Origin: Opitutaceae bacterium
Lineage (GTDB): Bacteria > Verrucomicrobiota > Verrucomicrobiia > Opitutales > Opitutaceae
Length of the DNA: 64,000 nt
Reading direction: 5' to 3'
Assembly: GCA_030648295.1 (NCBI GenBank)
Contig: JAUSID010000128.1
Location: 5,897 to 69,896 of the forward strand
Made by a program: the position numbers and the translations under genes. The notes beneath the pieces are model-generated. The model was not told the DNA's origin, made no database searches, and saw only the letters and a list, made by a program, of their open reading frames with translations. Shown one piece after another: positions 1-9,193 of this stretch (the stretch's first letter is position 1; every line of letters starts with the position of its first letter).

Positions 1-1
1 C

Positions 2-1174
2 GAACTCATCGAGCAGCAGCGCACCGAAAAGCGCCGCAACCTCCTCGACTCGATCCAGCCCGGCCAGATCCGCCGCGGCGTGGTCAAGAACATCACCGAC
101 TTCGGCGCGTTCATCGACCTCGACGGCATGGACGGGCTGCTCCACATCACCGACATGTCGTGGGGCCGGATCTCGCACCCGAGCGAAATGCTCAAGCAGG
201 GCGAGGAAGTGCAGGTCATGATCATCGAGGTGAACCGCGAGAAGGAACGCGTTTCGCTCGGCCTGAAGCAGACCACGAAGAATCCATGGGACGAGATCGA
301 CCGGAAGTATCCGGTGGGCGCGAAAGTTCACGGCAAGGTCGTCAACCTCGTTCCCTACGGCGCATTCGTCGAAATCGAACCCGGCGTCGAGGGGCTCGTG
401 CACATCACCGAGATGTCCTGGACGAAGCGCATCACCAAGCCCTCCGAACTGCTCAAGGTCGGCCAGGAGCTCGATGCGGTGGTCCTCGGTATCCAGAAAG
501 AGGAGCAGAAGATCTCGCTCGGCCTGCGCCAGCTGGAGCCGAATCCGTGGGACATGGTTCGCCACAACTACCCGATCGGCGCGCGGGTTCGCGGCAAGGT
601 GCGCAACATGACGACCTACGGCGCCTTCATCGAACTCGAGGAAGGCATCGACGGCATGGTGCACGTCTCGGACATGAGCTGGACCCGCAAGGTCAACCAT
701 CCGTCCGAAATGCTGAAGAAGGGCGACGAAGTGGACGCCATCGTCCTCGACGTCGATTCGAACCAGCAGCGCATCAGCCTCGGCATGAAGCAACTCGCGA
801 CCGACCCGTGGTCGGACATCGACGCGTTCTTCAAGATTGGCGATGTCGTGAAGGGCAACGTGACCAAGATTACCTCGTTCGGCGCCTTCGTGGAGCTGAA
901 GGACGGAATCGACGGGCTCGTGCACATCTCGCAGATCAGCGAGGAGCGGATCGACAAGGTGAAGGACGTGTTGAAGCCCGGCCAGGAAGTGAGCGCCCGC
1001 GTGATCAAGATCGATCGCGACGAGCGCCGCCTTGGCCTGTCGATCAAGGCCGCGAACTACTCGAACGAGCAGCTCGCCGCCGAGACGTCAGCCTACGAGG
1101 CGCTGAATCGCAGCGCCGGCAACGACATGATGAACCTCGGCGACATCCTCGACGAAGCCGCGAAGAAAGAATAG
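2..1174 (+). CDS. rpsA: 30S ribosomal protein S1, 5' end outside window
   Basis: Tandem S1 repeats (FGAFIDLDGMDGLLHITDMSW, YGAFVEIEPGVEGLVHITEMSW, FGAFVELKDGIDGLVHISQIS); frame open from position 2. Confidence 0.97.
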   Translation, partial: ELIEQQRTEKRRNLLDSIQPGQIRRGVVKNITDFGAFIDLDGMDGLLHITDMSWGRISHPSEMLKQGEEVQVMIIEVNREKERVSLGLKQTTKNPWDEIDRKYPVGAKVHGKVVNLVPYGAFVEIEPGVEGLVHITEMSWTKRITKPSELLKVGQELDAVVLGIQKEEQKISLGLRQLEPNPWDMVRHNYPIGARVRGKVRNMTTYGAFIELEEGIDGMVHVSDMSWTRKVNHPSEMLKKGDEVDAIVLDVDSNQQRISLGMKQLATDPWSDIDAFFKIGDVVKGNVTKITSFGAFVELKDGIDGLVHISQISEERIDKVKDVLKPGQEVSARVIKIDRDERRLGLSIKAANYSNEQLAAETSAYEALNRSAGNDMMNLGDILDEAAKKE

Positions 1175-1228
1175 GAATGGCCGCGACGGCCATTCCTTGG
1201 GCGCCGGAAACCGGCGCCGCAGAAATTC

Positions 1229-1258
1229 AAACCGCCCGGAGAAATCCGGGCGGTTTTT
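1229..1258 (+). terminator. Rho-independent terminator of rpsA
   Basis: aaaccgcccgga-gaaa-tccgggcggtttttt: perfect stem followed by a T-run. Confidence 0.85.
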
Positions 1259-1433
1259 TGTGCCGCGCGAGCTTCCGCCTGCAACTCAGTGCCTCGGTCA
1301 ACCATGGTCGCCTCGGGGCCTTGGCCTTTTCGCCGCTTGGCGGCGAACTAAGGATTTTGTCGGGGGTGGTACTGTCGTCCGCCGCGAAATCCGCGACTCC
1401 CCCGCCGGCTATTGTCGCGTCCCGACAAAATCC

Positions 1434-3740
1434 TCACGCGTCATACAGCGCCCGCAACTGCGTGTTCGTGTGCCGCAGGCGCAAGGCGAGCGTCCGCGCG
1501 AGGCGGGCAAACATCTTCACTCCAATCGTGGGATGGGCGCGGGACACTTCGTTGAACCGCGCGCGCGAAATCATGTACAAATCGCAGGCCGTGGTCGCGA
1601 CCGCGTGGGCGGAGCGAAAACCGTGGTCGAGGAAGGACATCTCGCCGAAAAAGTGGCCGCGGCCGAATGAGGCGAGATTGTGATACTTGCCGTTGGCCAG
1701 CGGCAGCACGATGCGAACGATGCCGCGCCGGATCAGGAAGAGCTCATCGGCCGCGATTTCTCCGCCCTTGAAGATCGTCTCGCCCGCGGAGAACGACCGT
1801 TCGACGGCGCAGGCAGTGAGCGCGGCCAGTCCCCCGTCGGGATTCGAATCCTGGAATAGTTCGAATTCGCCCAGCCCGAGCGGCGCCTCGGTTTCGGTTT
1901 CGGCCGGCAGATGCTCCGCCAGGGTGCGATCCTCGACCCACTGGAGCGCATCGTCCAGGGTCTCGAACTGCCTTACGCGGCGGTTCGCCGCGAGGATCCC
2001 GACTTGCGTGAAATACGTCTGCAGTTCGCGGCGCGGCGGCATCCGGCTGAGCAGCAGCCAGCCGTCGCGTTCGGCGAGCCGCGCCTCGAATTGTTCGAGC
2101 AGGTGCACTGCCGTGTAGTCCACCGACTGCACGCGGCGCAAATCGAGGATCAGATGGCGGCAGCGGCCGAGGTCCGACTCGAGCTCGGTGTAGAGCTGAT
2201 CCGTCGTGCCGAAGAACAGGCTGCCCTGAAGTTCGCAAATCACCGTTTCCGGGCCGTGGCGATCGAGCACCGCCAGCTCGGCCGGCAATCGGTGCTGGGT
2301 CGACGAAAGGCTGTTGGCGGTCACTTTCCGGCGGATGACCGAGCCTCGAATCTGCTCCCGGATGAACAGCAGGATGGCGAACGCGACGCCGGCGCCAGCG
2401 GCGGCAATGAGGTTGAACGCGACCGCCACCACGATGACGGTGACGATGACGGCAAAATCCAGGGCGGTGGATCTCTGGCGGGCGAGGTGGAAGCTGTTGC
2501 GATCGATCATGCGGACGCCGACGACGATCAGGATGCCGGCGAGCGCAGAGATCGGGACCCAGGCGATCCATTTTCCGAATACGACGGCGGCAAGCAGCGC
2601 CGCCGCCGCCGCGATCACGCCGGCGCGGCGCGTGCGGCCGCCACTCTCGATATTGACCAGCGTCGCGCCCATGGTGCCGGCGCCCGGCATGCCCGCCACG
2701 ATCGCGGCGGCAAAGTTTCCCGCGCCTTGCGCGAAAAGCGTGCGATCGGAGTTGTGCCGGCTCAGCGTCAGGGCGTCCACGACCACACAGGTCTTGAGGG
2801 TGTCGACCGAGAGCAGCAGCGACAGCGTCAGCGCCGGCACGAACACGGACTGCCAGTCGGACGGGCCCAGCCCGGCCACGGTGGACCAGGTGGAGACGAC
2901 GGTCGACCAGAGCGAAGCGGGGTCGGCCGCGACCGGGCCAAGCAGCAGCGTGTTGTGCTCGAGGTGGCGCAGGGCAGGCAGAAAAATCGCGCACGCGAAG
3001 TATGCCGCCGCGCCGGCGAGCAGCCCCACAATCGGGCCGGGAATGCTGCGGGCCACCCGCCGCGCGAGCACCATCACGACGATCGCCGCCGCGCCGACGG
3101 CGATGCCCGGCCATTGCCAGTGAGCGGGGGCGAGGATGCCGTCGTACGCCGGTGTTCCCTTCGCGATGCCGAGCAATGATGGCAGCTGGCCGAGCACGAT
3201 GATCACGCCGACCGCGCTCAGGTATCCGGATACAACGGGATACGGAATGTATTTGATCAACCGGCCGCCGCGGAGTGCCCCGTAGCCGACCTGGAGCACG
3301 CCGGTGAAAAGCGCGACCAGGCTCATCAAGGCGATCAGCCGCGGGACGGAAACGGCGCCGGTGGTTGCGAGCACCTGGGTGGCGAAGGCCGCGAGGATGG
3401 CCGCGGCCGGCGCGCAGGGTGCGGAAATCAGCCGCGGTGAGCCGCTCATCGCCGCGGCGATGACGCCCAGCGCGACTGTGCCCATGATGCCGGCGTGCAC
3501 GCCGTGCGCGATCCCCTCCGCGCCCAGCGGCGCGTACACCGCCACACCATACGCGATGGCCGAAGGCAGCGCGACGAGCATGGCGGCGACACCGCCCCAC
3601 AGGTCGCCGGTCGGGCGCGGCGGAGCGGACGTTCGCGGCGCGACCGGAGGGGTCGTCGTGACCGAGACCCGCGGCGGAGCCGCGGCGGTCAGAAGTGGGG
3701 AGGGCGGGGGCATCGGGGTGGCAGGCCGGTCCCGCGACAT
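1434..3740 (-). CDS. SulP-family anion permease with STAS and C-terminal cNMP-binding domains
   Basis: SulP TM motifs (AIAYG, GYLSAVG, GAGTMGAT), STAS (LQGSLFFGT, ILDLRRVQSVDYTA), CRP-like domain (GHFFGEMSFLDHGFRSA); start approximate. Confidence 0.9.
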   Translation of the reverse strand: MSRDRPATPMPPPSPLLTAAAPPRVSVTTTPPVAPRTSAPPRPTGDLWGGVAAMLVALPSAIAYGVAVYAPLGAEGIAHGVHAGIMGTVALGVIAAAMSGSPRLISAPCAPAAAILAAFATQVLATTGAVSVPRLIALMSLVALFTGVLQVGYGALRGGRLIKYIPYPVVSGYLSAVGVIIVLGQLPSLLGIAKGTPAYDGILAPAHWQWPGIAVGAAAIVVMVLARRVARSIPGPIVGLLAGAAAYFACAIFLPALRHLEHNTLLLGPVAADPASLWSTVVSTWSTVAGLGPSDWQSVFVPALTLSLLLSVDTLKTCVVVDALTLSRHNSDRTLFAQGAGNFAAAIVAGMPGAGTMGATLVNIESGGRTRRAGVIAAAAALLAAVVFGKWIAWVPISALAGILIVVGVRMIDRNSFHLARQRSTALDFAVIVTVIVVAVAFNLIAAAGAGVAFAILLFIREQIRGSVIRRKVTANSLSSTQHRLPAELAVLDRHGPETVICELQGSLFFGTTDQLYTELESDLGRCRHLILDLRRVQSVDYTAVHLLEQFEARLAERDGWLLLSRMPPRRELQTYFTQVGILAANRRVRQFETLDDALQWVEDRTLAEHLPAETETEAPLGLGEFELFQDSNPDGGLAALTACAVERSFSAGETIFKGGEIAADELFLIRRGIVRIVLPLANGKYHNLASFGRGHFFGEMSFLDHGFRSAHAVATTACDLYMISRARFNEVSRAHPTIGVKMFARLARTLALRLRHTNTQLRALYDA

Positions 3741-3750
3741 GCCGGAACCG

Positions 3751-5217
3751 TCAGAGTACGGACTCGAGCCGGTTGACGATGGTTTTCAAAATCTGGATGC
3801 GCGCAAACCTCTTGTCGTTGCCGGCAACGAGCGTCCACGGCGCGTTGGCGGTGCTGCAATGCGCCACCATGTCGTCAACCGCGGCCTGATAGCCGGGCCA
3901 CTTCTCGCGGTTGCGCCAGTCCTCGTCGGTGATCTTGTAGCGCTTGTATGCGACGGTCTGCCGCTCCTTGAACCGGCGCAGCTGCTCATCGCGGCTGATG
4001 TGCAACCAGAATTTGCATACGACGATGCCGTGCGACGTCAGCAGCTCCTCGAATTCGTTGATTTCGCCATAGGCGCGGTTCCACTCCGCGACGGAGGCGA
4101 AACCTTCCACCCGCTCGACCAGCACGCGGCCATACCAGGAGCGATCGAACATCGTGGTGAAGCCGGCGCGCGGGAGCTGGCGCCAGAACCGCCACAGGTA
4201 GTGCTGCGCGCGCTCCTCCTCGGTGGGCGCGGCGATTCCGACCACGCGGTATAGTCGTGGATCCATCGCCTGGGTCACGCGGCGGATCGCGCTGCCCTTG
4301 CCGGCGGCGTCCCAGCCCTCGAACATGAGGACCATGGCTCGTTCCTTCGCGTGGGCCTGCCACGCCAGCTTGCTGAGCCGTCGCTGATATTCCTCGAGCT
4401 GCTCCTCGTATCTCGGCTTCGTCAGCTTCTGGCCCAGGTTGACGTGGTCCAGAATCGAAACCGGATCGCGACGTTCCGGCTTCCCCGGCTTATCCCCCGC
4501 GGCATCCGTCGCTTTTCCCGTCGCGCGCGAGCCCTTTTCCATCGCTTCGAGCAGGATCCGCCCGGCCGTGAGCTCGCGAAACCGGCGGTCCGTCGCCTCG
4601 ATCACGTGCCACGGCGCGGACGGCGTATCCGTCTGGCGGATGGTGCGCTCGGACACGGTCAGGAACTTGTCGAACAGCTTGAAATGCTTCCAGTCGGCGG
4701 GCGCGATGCGGCCTTCCTTCTCCAGCTGCTTCAGCCGTTTTTTCTGCTCCTTCTTCGGCAGGTGCAGCCACAGCTTCACGATCACCGCGCCGTCCTGGGC
4801 CAGCATCTTCTCGAACGCCACGATGTGATCCATCGCTCCGTCCAGCTGGGTGTTCTTGGTTTTCCCATACACGCGCCGGATGATCGGATCCGAATACCAC
4901 GAGCCGAAGAAAATCCCCACCCGGCCGCGACCGGGCATCGCCCGCCAGAACCGCCAATACGGCGGGCGCTCGCGCTCCTCATCCGTCGGCTCCCAAAAAG
5001 CATGGGTGGCGACGCCGCGCGGATCCAGCCACTCGTTCAGCCGCTGGACCAGTTCGCCTTTGCCGGCGCCATCGGCGCCGGAGACGATGACGATGACGGA
5101 AAACTCGCGCGTGCGCAGCGCAAGGTGGGCGGCCAGGAGCCGCGATCGCAGTTTTGGGAGCTCCGTCTTGTACTTTGTCGGGCTCAGCTCGTGGCCTAAT
5201 TCAGCGGCTTCAAACAT
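3751..5217 (-). CDS. pap: Polyphosphate:AMP phosphotransferase (two-domain PPK2)
   Basis: Two PPK2 domains (SGADGAGKG; FEGWDAAGKG...FDRSWYGRVLVERV...KITDEDWRNR), 488 aa. Confidence 0.93.
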   Translation of the reverse strand: MFEAAELGHELSPTKYKTELPKLRSRLLAAHLALRTREFSVIVIVSGADGAGKGELVQRLNEWLDPRGVATHAFWEPTDEERERPPYWRFWRAMPGRGRVGIFFGSWYSDPIIRRVYGKTKNTQLDGAMDHIVAFEKMLAQDGAVIVKLWLHLPKKEQKKRLKQLEKEGRIAPADWKHFKLFDKFLTVSERTIRQTDTPSAPWHVIEATDRRFRELTAGRILLEAMEKGSRATGKATDAAGDKPGKPERRDPVSILDHVNLGQKLTKPRYEEQLEEYQRRLSKLAWQAHAKERAMVLMFEGWDAAGKGSAIRRVTQAMDPRLYRVVGIAAPTEEERAQHYLWRFWRQLPRAGFTTMFDRSWYGRVLVERVEGFASVAEWNRAYGEINEFEELLTSHGIVVCKFWLHISRDEQLRRFKERQTVAYKRYKITDEDWRNREKWPGYQAAVDDMVAHCSTANAPWTLVAGNDKRFARIQILKTIVNRLESVL

Positions 5218-5228
5218 GGAGGGACGCG

Positions 5229-6659
5229 TTATGGCGCCGACGCGATGATGTCGCTTTCAGCCACGAGGGCAATCCGTCTCACGGTCTTCAGGGTTTCAGC
5301 CGCGACAGCCTGAACATCGCGCTCGCCGGCGATTTCATGCAGGAGCGTCGCGTGGCGGTAGAATTCAATCAACGGCTCCGTCTGGCGGTGGAATGTCGCC
5401 AGCCGCGCGCGCACCGTGCTCGAACTGTCATCAGGTCGCTGATACAGCGTCCCGCCGCAGTGATCACATTTCCCGGCGGCCTTGGGCGCCTTGAAGTGCG
5501 TGTGATAGGGCGCCTGGCATTTTTCGCACACCAGCCGGCCGGAAAGCCGCCCCACGATCGCTTCGTCCGCCACCTTGATATAGAGGACGGCCGTCAGCCG
5601 CCGTCGGTGGCGTGACATCATCTCCATCAGGGCGTGCGCCTGGTGCAGCGTGCGCGGGAATCCATCGAGGACGAAACCATCGACAACGTCGGGCTGCGCC
5701 AGGCGATCCTCGACCATGGCATCGGTGACGTCGTCGGGGACGAGTTCGCCGCGATCCATGTAAGTCTTCGCGAGTTTTCCCAGCTTGGTCTCGCGGCGCA
5801 GGTTGTCGCGGAACAAGTCGCCGGTGGCGATGTGCGGCAGCCGCAGCCGCGCGCAGAGGACCTCCGCCTGCGTCCCTTTGCCGGAACCCGGCGCACCCAG
5901 CAGCACGAAGTCGAGGGTCTGGCGGGCGAGATGAACCGGTGTCGCCGCCGCGACCGCCGGCCGCGGCAGCGCCGCCACGTCGCGCGCGCTGGCAAACACG
6001 ATCTTTCCGGACCGTACCGCCGTGAGCGTGAGCTCGAGGCGGCTTTGTACTTCGAGCAGCGAGTCGCCGCCCGGAACGATGACCAGTTTCTGCGCCGCCC
6101 GATAGTGATCGAGTACGGCACTGGTCGTCCGATGAAACATCCTCAGCCGCGCGCGCACCACGTCCGTCGAATCGTCCGGCCGGTGGTACAATTCGCCGCC
6201 GCACTCGTCGCACACGCCGTAGACGGCCGGTGGATTCTCCTGCTGGTGATAAGGCTTCTGGCAGTTGCGGCAGATGAACCGGCCGGATAACCGCAGCACG
6301 ATCTCCTCGTCGTCGACGTGAAGGTAAATCACCGCGTCGAGGGTGCGATGATAGCGGCGCAGGAGTTCGTCGAGAAAACGCGCCTGGCCGGCGGTGCGGG
6401 GAAACCCATCGATGAGCGTGCCGCGATCGCCGGGCAGCCGGTTCGTCCACTCCTCGAGCATCGCGTCGACGACCTCGTCCGGGACGAGTTCGCCCTGCTC
6501 CATGTACTTCCGCGCGAGAATTCCGAGCGCGGTGCGGTTTTTCAGGTTGGCGCGAAACACGTCGCCGACGGCGACGTGCCGCAGTTCGAATTTCGCGCAA
6601 AGATGGCTGGCATGTGTGCCTTTTCCGACGCCGGAAGGACCAATGATTGCGATGTTCAT
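5229..6659 (-). CDS. adk: Tandem two-domain adenylate kinase
   Basis: Start at ATG 6659 (MNIAIIGPSGVGKGT). Second domain LLGAPGSGKGT. Both have GxLVPD, DGFPRT and a Cys4 LID (CxxC...CxxC). Confidence 0.9.
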   Translation of the reverse strand: MNIAIIGPSGVGKGTHASHLCAKFELRHVAVGDVFRANLKNRTALGILARKYMEQGELVPDEVVDAMLEEWTNRLPGDRGTLIDGFPRTAGQARFLDELLRRYHRTLDAVIYLHVDDEEIVLRLSGRFICRNCQKPYHQQENPPAVYGVCDECGGELYHRPDDSTDVVRARLRMFHRTTSAVLDHYRAAQKLVIVPGGDSLLEVQSRLELTLTAVRSGKIVFASARDVAALPRPAVAAATPVHLARQTLDFVLLGAPGSGKGTQAEVLCARLRLPHIATGDLFRDNLRRETKLGKLAKTYMDRGELVPDDVTDAMVEDRLAQPDVVDGFVLDGFPRTLHQAHALMEMMSRHRRRLTAVLYIKVADEAIVGRLSGRLVCEKCQAPYHTHFKAPKAAGKCDHCGGTLYQRPDDSSSTVRARLATFHRQTEPLIEFYRHATLLHEIAGERDVQAVAAETLKTVRRIALVAESDIIASAP

Positions 6660-7175
6660 ACGGAAAGAGAGACGGGGCGGGGCACGAACGGTTCGCGCCG
6701 CGCGTTGCCGGCCGTGCGTCGCGGGGGTGCGGACGGGGGTAAGTGGTGCCACCAGACAATGCGCTTCCACTCGCTGGTTGAAAACTCCGGGCTGTTTGGG
6801 CGCGTTGTCATGGCCCTGGCACGCTGGCACGACGGTCGCAGCGGCGCTGCGGGGTGTCTCCGCATTAATTGACATTCCCGGGGCGAATCCTGTCAGCGGA
6901 AAGCCCTCATCAACTCGCGGCGTGGCTGGGATGTGAATTGGCAAGGAATTTTTCCCCGTGGGCGCAGTGTACCACCGGCCACGGATCCCTTCAAAACCAG
7001 TCCCCTGCAATTTAGCGATGACGCGACAGCCGAATCCTCGCGCCTCTCGATGCCGGGCCAGGAATGCGCGCGAAGAGCTCGTCAAATTTGCTTGCCCGGA
7101 TTTTTCCGCCCACCGTAATACCGCCGCTCCTCGTGGTTCGTCGGCATCGGCAGAACCGGTCGAGGGCTGCGTGTC

Positions 7176-7250
<75 letters not shown>

Positions 7251-7556
7251 GTTTTTTTGCGGGCCGAGTACGGGCACGCGGAGCTGCAGCCGGCGGCCGC
7301 CGTCGATTTGATCGGGAGTTCGCGGTTCCCCAAATTCCACCGTGATGGCCGGAAAAAATCGGACTGCCGTCCGAAATTGCGGGTGGGTTCTCACCCCATT
7401 TCATGAACCTTGCCGTTGTGCATCGGTCTGTACTTGCCAGCAGTCCAAATTCCGAGGCTCCAATTAGTTGCCGCGGGCTCCGCTCAGATTTGGCTACGAT
7501 AGCGTAGCAAAAAAGCAGGTGCTATTTGGCGCTCCAACACTTTTGTTAATTCAGAC

Positions 7557-7766
7557 ATGGGCCAAAAGAAACAAATCAACGCCCGCGTGCCGGATCACCT
7601 GCACGAGATTATCTCCGAGCGCGCGACCCTGATCGAAGAAACCCATGGCGGCTACTTGGGATTGATCGCGCAGTGGTGGTTCGCACAGGGACATCCGCCG
7701 GTGAACGACTACGAAGCGAGACTGCTGGCCCAAAAAAAGCAGTCGTCGAAGCGCTCCTCGTCCTGA
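7557..7766 (+). CDS. Small protein, possible ribbon-helix-helix DNA-binding fold
   Basis: 69 aa; alternating beta pattern KQINARVP followed by helix DHLHEIISERA. Confidence 0.5.
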   Translation: MGQKKQINARVPDHLHEIISERATLIEETHGGYLGLIAQWWFAQGHPPVNDYEARLLAQKKQSSKRSSS

Positions 7767-7809
7767 GACATGGCACGATTGGTCCGGCTAAGCCGGAACA
7801 ATTCAGTTC

Positions 7810-7959
7810 AACCGCGAATAGACGCCAATTCACGCGAATGGAGAGGGCGTCTTTGGGGAGCATCGAAACGATCAACCAAACGGTGACCATGGTTTCACTT
7901 GGGTAATCCTCCTCGTCCCTCCTCTGGAATTTGCGTCCATTCGCGTTCATTCGCGGTTT
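7810..7959. repeat. Inverted pair of degenerate 10-bp tandem repeats
   Basis: aaccgcgaat-agacgccaat-tcacgcgaat (7810-7839) versus atttgcgtcc-attcgcgttc-attcgcggttt (7929-7959). Confidence 0.7.
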
Positions 7960-8124
7960 CCACTGAATCGATACGGCTGCTATGAAGCCTTGTTCCAGGA
8001 GAAGGCAAAACCGCTCCGGCGGTTTTACTTTTAGCCCGCATGAGTTCGAGAGGTGCGATATGGCCGAAATCATGGCCGAGGACAAAGGAACTCTGAATGG
8101 CACGCAGACGGTGAAAAATGCGGG

Positions 8125-8439
8125 CTAAAGATCCGCGAGCAGCGCGCGGTCGTCGCGTTCCGGTTCTTCGTGCGCCTGCTCGATCGCGAGTCGCAGTGCA
8201 TCCTCCAATAGCGGCTTCGCCTCGTCGCGCCGATTCAGCGCGATCAGCGTTTTGCCGAGGACAATTCGCGGGATCATCCAGTCGACCCGCTGGCGGACGC
8301 AAAACTCGAGGTGCGGCACCGCGTCCGCGGTGCGTTGCTCCGCCAGCAAGGCTTGCGCGAGGCTGAACCGAAAGAGCTCATTGCCCGGATTACCGGTGAC
8401 GAGCGCCTGAAACTGCTCGACGCGACTCGACACGATCAC
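8125..8439 (-). CDS. Small TPR protein
   Basis: TPR-like helices (RFSLAQALL, LGKTLIALNRRDEAKPLLEDAL); 4-bp overlap with phosphatase gene. Confidence 0.8.
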   Translation of the reverse strand: MIVSSRVEQFQALVTGNPGNELFRFSLAQALLAEQRTADAVPHLEFCVRQRVDWMIPRIVLGKTLIALNRRDEAKPLLEDALRLAIEQAHEEPERDDRALLADL

Positions 8440-9158
8440 ACGCCGTCAACGAACAGCAGGACGCCGGTGGCGTTGTCCGGACCGCCGCGACGCACGGCGA
8501 GGCCGACAATCTCATCCACCGCGGGCTGCGGCTCCGCGTATTGCATTACGAGGCTCGCCAGCTCGGAGTCAGGGATCATCCGCGTGACGCCGTCGGTGCA
8601 AAACAGGTACCGGTCGCCCGGCGCCAACTCGCAGGTGATGACATCGACCTCGGGCGGCGATGGCTGGCCAATGCAGCGGGTAAGCGCATGGCGATTGGCC
8701 TCATGATAATAAACGACCTCGCCGCGGGCACGGCGCATGCGCGCCTCGTTCTCCACCGAATGATCCTCGGTCAGCCGAATGAACTGACCCTTGCGGCCGC
8801 CGTAACACCGCGAGTCACCGACATGCGCAATCGTCAGCGTGGCGCCGCGCAAACAGCCAAACGTGAGGGTCGTCCCGATGCCCATCGAGGGGCTCAGCTT
8901 CTGCCCCAGCGCGGCGACGGACCGGTTCGCATCCTGCACCAGCGCGACCAGATCGGGTTCGCCAGTGCCGTTAGGCGATTGAAACAGCGCCATAACCTTC
9001 TCGACCGCGAGCTGGGCCGCCTCGGCGCCGCCCGGAAGCCCGCCCACGCCATCGGCGACGCCGAAAACCAGGTCCTTTTCGTCCATGAGATATCGGTCTT
9101 CATTTTGACGACGAACACGGCCGATATCAGTGAGCGCGGCGGCGCGGAACGAAAGCAT
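8436..9158 (-). CDS. PP2C-family Ser/Thr protein phosphatase
   Basis: GRVRRQNED, VADGVGG, HVGDSR, CTDG, GGPDNAT motifs. Confidence 0.93.
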   Translation of the reverse strand: MLSFRAAALTDIGRVRRQNEDRYLMDEKDLVFGVADGVGGLPGGAEAAQLAVEKVMALFQSPNGTGEPDLVALVQDANRSVAALGQKLSPSMGIGTTLTFGCLRGATLTIAHVGDSRCYGGRKGQFIRLTEDHSVENEARMRRARGEVVYYHEANRHALTRCIGQPSPPEVDVITCELAPGDRYLFCTDGVTRMIPDSELASLVMQYAEPQPAVDEIVGLAVRRGGPDNATGVLLFVDGV

Positions 9159-9193
9159 GGGATGTACGCGGTGGACGGTAGCTGTGGGTGGTG

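Noticed and set aside
160-1683. Long alternative-frame ORFs over real genes (also 1744-3600, 14321-16072, 34438-35475, 42786-44372, 50317-51621 and others)
   Set aside because: Arg/Ala/Gly-rich shadows expected in high-GC DNA; they overlap motif-supported genes.
8040-8110. FVLGHDFGH on the minus strand as an HExxH metalloprotease relic
   Set aside because: Catalytic Glu is absent and there is no supporting flanking similarity.
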